Notes under the pieces: model-generated
The model's database searches: none
Told to the model about the DNA's origin: nothing
Seen by the model: only the letters and a program-made list of their open reading frames with translations
Program-made: the position numbers and the translations under genes
Shown: positions 1-8,598 of the stretch, in pieces
Layout of the letters: each line of letters opens with the position of its first letter
Position numbering within the stretch: position 1 is the first letter of the stretch
Source of the DNA: Verrucomicrobiota bacterium
GTDB lineage: Bacteria > Verrucomicrobiota > Verrucomicrobiia > Limisphaerales > AAA164-E04
DNA length: 64,000 bases
Assembly: GCA_047947115.1 (NCBI GenBank)
Contig: CP170459.1
Location: 96,001-160,000 of the forward strand
Direction: 5' to 3'

Positions 1-2
1 TC

Positions 3-362
3 TTGATCGCAGACGACGAGCCTCACATGCTCAAGTTCATCGAATTCACCCTTCGAAGAGGAAACTATGAAATATTAAAAGCCAGCAATGGAGAAGAAGC
101 TCTTGAAGTCGCTTCCGCGCAAAAGCCCAATGTCATCGTACTGGACGTGCTGATGCCCGGAATGGATGGCGTGACCGCTTTAAGGAAACTCAAGGCGGAC
201 AATGACCTCAAACACATTCCGGTCATTCTGCTCACCGCCAGAGGTTACACACTCGATCCGGATGAAGCAAAGCGTGCCGGAGCTTCCTGCTACCTGACCA
301 AACCGTTCAGCCCGACCGAACTAATGAGTCAGGTTAGAGAACTAGCCGAAAGCCAGGCTTGA
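3..362 (+). CDS. Single-domain response regulator (CheY-like receiver), 5'-truncated by the window edge
   Basis: IADDE acidic pocket, LDVLMPGMDG phosphoacceptor motif, LLTA and YLTKPF motifs. Confidence 0.9.
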   Translation: MIADDEPHMLKFIEFTLRRGNYEILKASNGEEALEVASAQKPNVIVLDVLMPGMDGVTALRKLKADNDLKHIPVILLTARGYTLDPDEAKRAGASCYLTKPFSPTELMSQVRELAESQA

Positions 363-1069
363 GAGAACCGCCAAGGGATATGGAAATCCATATCAGAAAC
401 CTGACATTCGCATGGCCGCACTCTGATTTCCGTCTGGAAATCCCGCACTTGAAGGTTGAAGCCGCCCGTTCCCTTGCCATCGTCGGCCCCAGTGGTTCCG
501 GTAAATCAACATTTCTAAACCTGCTCGCAGGCATGCTTCCCTCACGCTCAGGCAGCCTACAAATCGGGGCACATTCCCTGACCGGAATGTCCGACCATCA
601 GAGACGAACTTTCAGACAAAACAACATCGGATTTGTCTTCCAGGATTTTAAACTGGTGGAATATCTGAACGTCACCGACAACATTCTGACCCCATGGCGT
701 TTGAAGGAATCGAACGCATTGCCGGCCGAAGCGATGCATGATCGCTTGAGCCATCTCACCACTGAGCTTGGGCTGACGCCATTCATTCATCGGCCCATTC
801 AACGCCTCTCACAAGGCGAAAAGCAACGTGTCGCAATCGCCCGCGCCCTTTGCCTGAAGCCGGGCTTGATCCTGGCGGATGAACCCACCGGAAACCTGGA
901 CCCTTCCAACAAGATACGGGTGCGGGATTTGCTGCAACAGGAAGCTTTAAATCTCAATGCGACTCTGGTCATGGTCACCCACGACCGGGAATTGGTGACC
1001 CCATTCGACCAGGTGATCGATTTTGAAACATTTCAACCCCGACAGCCACAAACCGCGCAGGCATCATGA
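359..1069 (+). CDS. ABC transporter ATP-binding protein (LolD/MacB-like); true start may be ATG at 380
   Basis: Walker A GPSGSGKST, signature LSQGEKQR, Walker B LILADEPTGNLD, H-loop VTHD. Confidence 0.92.
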   Translation: MREPPRDMEIHIRNLTFAWPHSDFRLEIPHLKVEAARSLAIVGPSGSGKSTFLNLLAGMLPSRSGSLQIGAHSLTGMSDHQRRTFRQNNIGFVFQDFKLVEYLNVTDNILTPWRLKESNALPAEAMHDRLSHLTTELGLTPFIHRPIQRLSQGEKQRVAIARALCLKPGLILADEPTGNLDPSNKIRVRDLLQQEALNLNATLVMVTHDRELVTPFDQVIDFETFQPRQPQTAQAS

Positions 1070-2244
1070 ATCGAAAAGTGCTATTTCTGGTCTGGCGCTA
1101 TGTCTCCTTTTATTGGGGGAAATCCACCATCCTGTTGGCGAGTCTCACTTTAACGATTCTGATGCCGACCTGCCTGAACCGCCTCACCCGGGTGTTTGAA
1201 GAAACTTTGCGAGATCGGGCCGTCACATCCCCGTTGCTCCTCGGCGTCAAAGGAAGTGATTATGATCTCACGATGCACGCCCTTTATTTCCGGTCCGACA
1301 TCCAAGCTCCATTTCAAGTACGGGTCTGGCATGATTTGTTGGCTAAAAACCGGGGCCTTTCCGCCCCCATTACCAGTCATTTCACTGCACAGTCCCAACC
1401 CATTGTTGGAACAAGCATCGAATATTTCGAGGCACGCAAGCTGAGACTAAGCCAGGGATCAATGTTTCGACATATGGGACAATGCGTTCTCGGCGCCAAA
1501 GCAGCTACCAAACTGGGTGTCGACTCGGGTGCTTCCATCATGTCCGACCCCGAAAATGTCTTTCACCTGGCAGGTGCCTATCCATTGAAAATGCAGGTCG
1601 CCGGCATTTTGGAAACAAGCCGCACACCGGACGATGAAGCGGTATTTGTCGATCTGAAGACACATTGGATTCTGGAAGGCCTGGGACATGGACACGAGGA
1701 CGTCGATTCTCTTGACGAGGACAACGGCAAGATACTCAAGCGAACGGAAAACACCGTCACAACAAGCTCCGCCATCATCCCCTATCTGAATATCAACGAA
1801 ACCAACCAGGATTCCTTTCATTTCCACGCTGATACCGAAACACTGCCCATCTCTGCCATCCTGATCTGGCCAAAGGACACCAAATCAACCGCCCTGTTGC
1901 TGGGGGAATACAACACCGCTTCCAATGATCTTCACATGATCAAACCAATTGATGTCATAGAATCCATGCTGCGTTGGGTCTTTCGGATCAAGGCATTTCT
2001 GGACGCAAATTTCATTCTTGTAGGGTTGAGCATCGGGGGCATGGCGGCCATGATTTTACTGCTGTCACTAAGGCTTAGGAACGAAGAATTCCAAACATTC
2101 GACTGCCTCGGCTGCAGCCGCACGCTCATACCTCGCCTGGTTCTGTACGAATGGGGACTTTTTCTAATCGCTGCCTGGATACTTTCCTGGATGATCACGC
2201 TGGCCATCGAACGCCTGATTCAACAAGCATGGTTAGGGGGTTGA
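1066..2244 (+). CDS. ABC transporter permease (FtsX/MacB-like)
   Basis: Overlaps the ATPase stop (ATGA); N-terminal TM, large periplasmic region, C-terminal TMs with RNEEFQTFDCLGCSR. Confidence 0.8.
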   Translation: MNRKVLFLVWRYVSFYWGKSTILLASLTLTILMPTCLNRLTRVFEETLRDRAVTSPLLLGVKGSDYDLTMHALYFRSDIQAPFQVRVWHDLLAKNRGLSAPITSHFTAQSQPIVGTSIEYFEARKLRLSQGSMFRHMGQCVLGAKAATKLGVDSGASIMSDPENVFHLAGAYPLKMQVAGILETSRTPDDEAVFVDLKTHWILEGLGHGHEDVDSLDEDNGKILKRTENTVTTSSAIIPYLNINETNQDSFHFHADTETLPISAILIWPKDTKSTALLLGEYNTASNDLHMIKPIDVIESMLRWVFRIKAFLDANFILVGLSIGGMAAMILLLSLRLRNEEFQTFDCLGCSRTLIPRLVLYEWGLFLIAAWILSWMITLAIERLIQQAWLGG

Positions 2245-3690
2245 GATAGCATCCGTGTATGACTTTTCAAAAAGCAAATGCCGTAAAGGCTCTTTTCCCG
2301 GTGCATCATAAGATTCCTCCAGATACCAAAGTCGAACCTGATAGGAATAAGGCCCATCACCAGCGTGTCGGAGGGATTTCTCGTGTACAACTTCCTTGAT
2401 AGTGCGCTCGACCGTCCGGTCCCATTTCAAGCCGCGAAGCTGTACTTTCAACATCCACTCCTTCCAGCGTTCACTCCTGAACATACGATCCACATCAGTT
2501 GGCTTTGACCAATTAACCGGGGCTCCCCGCCTGAACAAATCAAACCCTTTAGTATCATCCACGATCCACTGCATCACGAACCAGCCATCCCGATCAGGTG
2601 GATCGGGGGAAAACATGGACCAGGACTGCGCCAAACGACTTACCCTATACACCCATGCCATGACATCCGGGATTTTTCCCATCACGGCACTGTTTTTAAA
2701 TTGCGACGGGACCAATGCGATCTGCCAATATACCATCAAAAAAAACAAGACTGCAGCACATCCTTCACCCCAACCTCCTCCCACCCTGGCCGGTATCTTG
2801 GTTTCACCTTTGAACGATGCGGAACTCCCTGGGATCAATGCAACCAGACCAACCATCGAAATCCATGGAAACAATCCAACCGACAAAAAGCACAGAAACC
2901 CACACTGCATGAAAATTAAAGCCAGACATCCAAACCAGCGGCCCCTTTCGAACTTGCCTGCCACCAGCAGGCATGGAGCCAGACATTCAATGATCAGCGT
3001 GGCAAAAGTCAACCACTTGAGTGATTCACCGAACTGCAGCAGCCAGCGCCCTGTAGAACGCGTATAAACATCCACATTCAATGCGAGCAAAATGGCAGAA
3101 CCGTCGCGCCATGTCTCACCACTCTTGCTGAGAACCGAAGTGAAATAAATTAAACCAACCTGCAGAATCAAACCGGCTGCCGCCCATCCGTAAACTCGAT
3201 CCACCCCCGTCCAATGACATCGCTGTCGTGCATCCAAAGACCATTTTGCTCCCAATGGTAAAAACATCGCCCAAAGCAACAAGGCAGCCAGTTCACGATC
3301 CGCACCATACAATAAAACGGGGTTTCTCAACTGCAGGGAATTGACCAGCAACCAGCACACAACTGTGCTGACTCGGGTTTGAACCCCCAAAACCAACGCA
3401 ATGGCGGCCAAAGATTGAATCAGAAACAAACAAATCTGGGACGGATCAGATGCAAACCATAGATGCAATGGCAAGAGTGCCGAGAAATCGGCAAACCATA
3501 AGGCTTCCTCAACTGGAAGCAGACCGGCCTGCCCATAGTGAGCTTGAAAGGAAAAGGAACGTTGAATGAGGTCGGCGAGAACAACTCCCCCCAGCCCCAT
3601 CCGGAACAATGCCAGCATCCGCAGATCCAGATAAAATACCCGACGCAGACCATCCCCGGCGTAACGAATCATGCCGGATGGGAACTTCAT
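2233..3690 (-). CDS. HTTM-domain membrane protein
   Basis: DLRMLALFRMGLG start, multiple TM helices, RNP..LYGAD, Y..S..K.G..W.DG and QSWSMFSP motifs. Confidence 0.8.
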   Translation of the reverse strand: MKFPSGMIRYAGDGLRRVFYLDLRMLALFRMGLGGVVLADLIQRSFSFQAHYGQAGLLPVEEALWFADFSALLPLHLWFASDPSQICLFLIQSLAAIALVLGVQTRVSTVVCWLLVNSLQLRNPVLLYGADRELAALLLWAMFLPLGAKWSLDARQRCHWTGVDRVYGWAAAGLILQVGLIYFTSVLSKSGETWRDGSAILLALNVDVYTRSTGRWLLQFGESLKWLTFATLIIECLAPCLLVAGKFERGRWFGCLALIFMQCGFLCFLSVGLFPWISMVGLVALIPGSSASFKGETKIPARVGGGWGEGCAAVLFFLMVYWQIALVPSQFKNSAVMGKIPDVMAWVYRVSRLAQSWSMFSPDPPDRDGWFVMQWIVDDTKGFDLFRRGAPVNWSKPTDVDRMFRSERWKEWMLKVQLRGLKWDRTVERTIKEVVHEKSLRHAGDGPYSYQVRLWYLEESYDAPGKEPLRHLLFEKSYTDAISTP

Positions 3691-3699
3691 GAAACACCT

Positions 3700-4497
3700 C
3701 TAATTGTCGCTCTGTCCAGGCAAAGTATAGGACTGAGTCAAGATCTGCAGGATCTGCTTGGATTGACTGGGCTCTTTCTTATATGCCCAGCGCGATTCCA
3801 CCACGTTGTACTCATAGCGCTGCCAACCGTCGTTTGTCTGGACAAGGATGTCTGACCATTCAAAGGTGGGGCTGGAAATATAAATGTGCTGGCCGTCCAA
3901 CTGGCTGGCAATCCAATCTTTTTTGGGATGTGGAGTGGTTCCGGTCGAGGCAAACGCTTCAATGAAAGGTTTTGCTTCGCCTTTGAACGGAACGTTGTTC
4001 AGCAGGGAAATGATGTGCTTGCAACACCGTCCGAAATGACCTTCGGGAAGCTCCGACCGACGCGCCTCCCAATCATGACAGGTACAGGAAGGGCCTTTCA
4101 AATCAATCTCATACTCGTACTGCCCCGTGGTAAAACTGGTGATGGTGGTCGTAAAAGTGAGGTTCGGTAAGGCAAATCCTTCGGGCACTTCGATATCCGA
4201 CCCGGGCAAAAGGCTGGCCGGTATTTGAACATGCTCCTTTGCCAGGTGATCGTGCCAATGAACATGAATATCCATCAGCAACTCCGCAACCTGCTGCAGC
4301 TCCAGGGAAGATATTTCGCCGTCCTTCCACACTTCCACCAGAAGCGTGGCCAGTTGTTTGCCCGGCCAGTGAAGCGTACATTCGGGGGTGGCATTCAAGA
4401 ATTCCGACAGGCGATAGACTTCATCGGAAGAAAGCTCTCCGTCGGCCAGAATGGCCTCACACATGTCGATTAGCGGCGTTGGATCGTAAGATTCCAT
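3700..4497 (-). CDS. SWIM zinc-finger protein with TerB-like N-terminal region (start probably ATG 4497)
   Basis: CTCHDW...CCKH SWIM pattern; AILADGELSSDE N-terminal motif. Confidence 0.65.
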   Translation of the reverse strand: MESYDPTPLIDMCEAILADGELSSDEVYRLSEFLNATPECTLHWPGKQLATLLVEVWKDGEISSLELQQVAELLMDIHVHWHDHLAKEHVQIPASLLPGSDIEVPEGFALPNLTFTTTITSFTTGQYEYEIDLKGPSCTCHDWEARRSELPEGHFGRCCKHIISLLNNVPFKGEAKPFIEAFASTGTTPHPKKDWIASQLDGQHIYISSPTFEWSDILVQTNDGWQRYEYNVVESRWAYKKEPSQSKQILQILTQSYTLPGQSDN

Positions 4498-4736
4498 GAT
4501 TTCCTTAACCTGTTGCAAATCAAAGCATGAATTCACCGAACCAACGGGCCCATCCAAGCCCCTCACAGGTTTGACAGGAAAATGGGGGAACTCTTCCGGA
4601 ATTGCAAGTCCTAAAGCCTGGGCTTCTTCTGAATCCCCTCACTCCCACTGGCTTCAAAACCGCTTTACCATTCCTGTATTCACCAGATGGATGCTTACAC
4701 ATGCAACGTGGGTCCTCTCACCAACGATTCGTCACA

Positions 4737-7241
4737 TCAGTCTCCCCAAAATATGCCTGAACATTTGACAACCTCCTGTCGAGATACCAGCTCAACGATC
4801 GGCCAATGACACGGAAGCAGCTGACGATAAACTGGTTGAGCAAATCTCGAATCAATTAACAGGGCCACTCCTCTGTCCTTTTCACTCCGAATAAGGCGCC
4901 CCACTGCCTGCAACACCTTGTTCATCCCTGGAAAACGATAGGCAAAATCAAAACCTTGCCCACACTCACCATCGAAATGTTCCCGAATCAAATCCCGCTC
5001 CATGCAAATCTGTGGCAACCCCACTCCCACAACTGCTACCCCAATCAAACGATCCCCCATCAAATCAATCCCTTCCCCGAAAATCCCCCCCATAACGGCC
5101 AGTCCAAGCCGGGTTTGCCCGTCAGCCCGTCGGAAGGAGTCCAGAAAATCCCCCCGCGCCTTCTCATCCATATCCGTTGTCTGCTCATGCAAATCGATGG
5201 ATATCCCCTCCTCTGAAGCAATCCAATCTCTCAGAACGTCTGCAACCTGTCGGAGGTATTCATAAGAAGGAAAAAATGCCAGGTAGTTCCCCACACGGCT
5301 GCCGACCAGGGCCAATAAATTTCCGGCAACATCCGGATACGTCCGGGAACGTTGACGATAAGTGGTGGCAATTCCCCGCTGAACCAGAACGGTCCACTGG
5401 GAACGCTCAAACGGAGAATCCAATCGAAGCATCTCAACACCCTCTCCGATCCCCAGCAGGCTGCGATAATAACCATCTGGAGTGAGGGTAGCTGAAAAAA
5501 ACAAAGTCGATTTGGCCCTCTTCCACGTTTTGGCCAGATCGGTTGACGGATCCAAACAATATCGATTCAGAAGAAAGTGCCTCCCGTTTCTTTGGAGGAT
5601 CAGACGGTGTCTCCGACCTTCTTCTCGAGCTGCTTTCCAGAATTGATGCACCTCAAAATACAAATCCAAAAGCTCCGGAGGAATGGAACCGGATGAAGCA
5701 TCCCTGAAGACGAGTTCTGCCCGATCGAGAAAATACCTCAACACCGCCATCCAGGACTCTGGAACCACTCTCAGCAGAACCAATCCGGAATGAACACGAC
5801 GCTCGACCTCGATGTGCCCTTGCGCCATTGCGGGCTCTGGGGACTGGATCTCCTCCCTGAACAGTTCGGTTTGCTCCATATGCGAAGCAATTGGTTTGGA
5901 TCTCCCATGTTTGTTGGCCGGTCCGAAGGCCTCTTTCATATGCTTCCACAAATCGCGCAGCAGGTTCGTGGCTTTCGGATCCCTTTTACGAAGCCATGTG
6001 ACTGCCATCGACCACTTCTCCGTATCCAAACGCTGCGAATACATTTCGCGCCCCCGGTCTGCCAGATTATGCGATTCATCCACCAACAAAGCCACCGCCA
6101 GTTTACGTGCGCCATCCTCCCCGAACATCCCCAATTGGGATCCCGGATCAAAGACGTAGTTGTAATCCCCGACGATCACGTCCACCCACGGAACCAACTC
6201 CTTGCCGAGCGCATGCGGACACACCTGAAAACGCTCTCCGAGCGCGTTGAGCCCCTCACTGTCTAGCAGGTGCGGAGCATCGAAGAGGGCTGCGTGACGC
6301 GCATCATGCAAGCGATCAAAATGACCCACCCGCTTAGCGCACTGCATGGGATCACAAACTCCGCCTTGATGACGACAAACCTTTTCTCGGGCGGTCAAGG
6401 CCAGGACCTTCAAGCGACCTCCATTGTTTTCCAAAAGTTTCAAGGAATCCAGAAACATCCGTTGACCGGGCGTCCGTGCAGAAACCGCCATGACCAGCTT
6501 GATCAGCTCTCCACTCAAAGCTTTTAACGCAGGATACAGCGCGCCCATGGTTTTCCCGATCCCGGTCGGCGCCTCCACCATCAATGCGCCGCCTTCCTGC
6601 ATGAGCCCTCCTACTGCATCCAGCATCTGCTGCTGCCCCCGCCGCACCTGATCGAAGGGAAATTCCATCGCATTTAAGGAACCATCACGATCACGACATC
6701 GATCCACATGCAATTTCAACCACTTCAAGTAAACATTCAGCGTCTCATCCAGATACCGTTCCAATTCGGCGGGCTCTGACGGCTCATCAAAGGCATGCTC
6801 GGTTTGGGTTTCCAGATGGTAGTAGGTCAGGCGAAGGTTCAGCTTATCCGCTGGATTCAAGCGATTCCAAATCCCTCCGTAGATCTTCAACTGCGCCCAA
6901 TGCAATGAGGCGGCTCTGCCGCTCCAATCTCCCGTCACGGTCTTGATCTCTTCCAGCATGCAAACGCCACCGGATTCGATCACCCCATCGATCCTTCCCC
7001 GCAAAAAAAGTTGTAAGTCTGGTTGGTTAACCTCCAATTGAAGTGGAACCTCCGCCCGATAAGCTTCCGGGCGGGAGGACTGAAGTTTCTGGTGCCCCAG
7101 AGTGCCTTCCAATGCACGACGGGGAGATGTAAAATCCAAACCGGATTTCAAATCTCCGCGACGCCAAACAAACTCCGCCAATTCCTTGACGGAGACATCA
7201 AACCGAAACGTCCTCGAGGAAGAAGGGGGTTCGGTGGACAT
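4737..7241 (-). CDS. Rad3/DinG-family Fe-S DNA helicase with N-terminal PD-(D/E)XK nuclease-like domain
   Basis: APTGIGKT Walker A, four Fe-S cysteines, DESH motif II, FSATL, FFPSY, EGID, QAVGRLIRS; N-terminal GRIDG..EEIKT. Confidence 0.88.
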   Translation of the reverse strand: MSTEPPSSSRTFRFDVSVKELAEFVWRRGDLKSGLDFTSPRRALEGTLGHQKLQSSRPEAYRAEVPLQLEVNQPDLQLFLRGRIDGVIESGGVCMLEEIKTVTGDWSGRAASLHWAQLKIYGGIWNRLNPADKLNLRLTYYHLETQTEHAFDEPSEPAELERYLDETLNVYLKWLKLHVDRCRDRDGSLNAMEFPFDQVRRGQQQMLDAVGGLMQEGGALMVEAPTGIGKTMGALYPALKALSGELIKLVMAVSARTPGQRMFLDSLKLLENNGGRLKVLALTAREKVCRHQGGVCDPMQCAKRVGHFDRLHDARHAALFDAPHLLDSEGLNALGERFQVCPHALGKELVPWVDVIVGDYNYVFDPGSQLGMFGEDGARKLAVALLVDESHNLADRGREMYSQRLDTEKWSMAVTWLRKRDPKATNLLRDLWKHMKEAFGPANKHGRSKPIASHMEQTELFREEIQSPEPAMAQGHIEVERRVHSGLVLLRVVPESWMAVLRYFLDRAELVFRDASSGSIPPELLDLYFEVHQFWKAAREEGRRHRLILQRNGRHFLLNRYCLDPSTDLAKTWKRAKSTLFFSATLTPDGYYRSLLGIGEGVEMLRLDSPFERSQWTVLVQRGIATTYRQRSRTYPDVAGNLLALVGSRVGNYLAFFPSYEYLRQVADVLRDWIASEEGISIDLHEQTTDMDEKARGDFLDSFRRADGQTRLGLAVMGGIFGEGIDLMGDRLIGVAVVGVGLPQICMERDLIREHFDGECGQGFDFAYRFPGMNKVLQAVGRLIRSEKDRGVALLIDSRFAQPVYRQLLPCHWPIVELVSRQEVVKCSGIFWGD

Positions 7242-7269
7242 AAGATTGGGGGTTGCTCAGCAGAGCCAA

Positions 7270-8379
7270 TCAAATGGCATCACTTGACCAAACCGGAGCA
7301 CCCAAAACATCCAATCGAGGCTCAATACCGAGCCCAGGCTGATTGGAAGCTCGCAAACGCCCCTGATCACGCTGCGGAGCGCCCGTGGCGATGGACCGGG
7401 TGACGTAGCTGTTAAAGTCCGTGCTGGTGAACAAATACTCGGTCGGTGTGCTGTGCGCAAAATGTGAAATGGCGGCGGTGATGATGTCCCCGCCCCACGA
7501 ATCTTCAATGGTCATGGCCACGCCCAGTTGAACACACAAATCACGAGCCAGACGGGCGCGGGTCAAACCACCGAATTTGCTGATCTTGATATTCACAACA
7601 TCCATGGCTATGTCCGCCTTGCCGCGCACCAACATCTCCACACCGTCCACCACTTCATCCAGAACGAATGGATGATCACAGTGACGACGTATCGACAAAC
7701 ACTCTTCGTAGGTGCGACAGGGCTGTTCAATGTAAACGTCCAGATCACGCACACCACGCACCACGCGCATCGCGCCTTCCATCAACCAACCCGTGTTGGC
7801 ATCCGCAATCAACCGGTCACCGGGTTGCAACACCGCCGCGACATGGCGGATGCGTTGAATATCCACCTCGGGATCCCCCCCAACTTTGAGCTGGAAACGA
7901 CGGTATCCTTCATCACGATATCCTTTCACGTTCTCGGCCATCTCTTCGGGAGCGGTTTGAGAAATGGCGCGATACAAATGGAAATCCTCGCCATAACGCC
8001 CCCCCATCAATTCACAAACAGGCAACCCCGTATGCCTTCCCAACAAATCCCAACACGCCATGTCGATGGCGGACTTGACCGATGGATGCCCCTTGAGAAT
8101 GGCGTCCATCAAGCCGTTCAACTTCTCCAGTTGCAGCGGATTTTCTCCGATCAATTGCGGCGCCAAAAACTGGATCCCTGCCCGACATCCCTCGGCAAAA
8201 GCAGGAAGGTAAGCTGGTCCCAATGGACATACCTCACCCCAGCCCACCAGTCCGGAATCCGTCATCACCGACACCACGGTGGAATCAAACACATCCACTG
8301 ATTTGCCCCCCGACCAACTGTATCGACCTTCCTTCAAGGGAAGATCGACCTGATACATTTCAATGCGTTTTATTTTCAT
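7270..8379 (-). CDS. Mandelate racemase/muconate lactonizing enolase-superfamily enzyme (cis-3-hydroxyproline dehydratase / hydroxyproline-betaine epimerase-like)
   Basis: SAIDMACWDL, QLKVG, DANTGW, IEQP, LDE and NIKISKFGGLT enolase-superfamily motifs. Confidence 0.85.
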   Translation of the reverse strand: MKIKRIEMYQVDLPLKEGRYSWSGGKSVDVFDSTVVSVMTDSGLVGWGEVCPLGPAYLPAFAEGCRAGIQFLAPQLIGENPLQLEKLNGLMDAILKGHPSVKSAIDMACWDLLGRHTGLPVCELMGGRYGEDFHLYRAISQTAPEEMAENVKGYRDEGYRRFQLKVGGDPEVDIQRIRHVAAVLQPGDRLIADANTGWLMEGAMRVVRGVRDLDVYIEQPCRTYEECLSIRRHCDHPFVLDEVVDGVEMLVRGKADIAMDVVNIKISKFGGLTRARLARDLCVQLGVAMTIEDSWGGDIITAAISHFAHSTPTEYLFTSTDFNSYVTRSIATGAPQRDQGRLRASNQPGLGIEPRLDVLGAPVWSSDAI

Positions 8380-8407
8380 ACTTTGAAAAAGCTAATCCTC
8401 ATAATGG

Positions 8408-8581
8408 TTTGATGTTTTAACCGCAGATGTCACAGATGGCCGCAGATTGAGACTCTTCTGACACAGGACGGCCCTAAACAGGAATTAATATTCCGGATAC
8501 TAAACCGACTACACACAGTCTCGGAATCACCATTTTTACATCTGCGTGAATCTGCCTGACATCTGCGGTTAAAACATCAAA
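8408..8581. repeat. Intergenic element with 25-bp perfect inverted repeats (MITE/REP-like)
   Basis: TTTGATGTTTTAACCGCAGATGTCA (8408-8432) is the exact reverse complement of 8557-8581; further (G)CAGAT / ATCTG(C) units lie inside. Confidence 0.75.
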
Positions 8582-8598
8582 AAAAACGAAAGGCGGCC

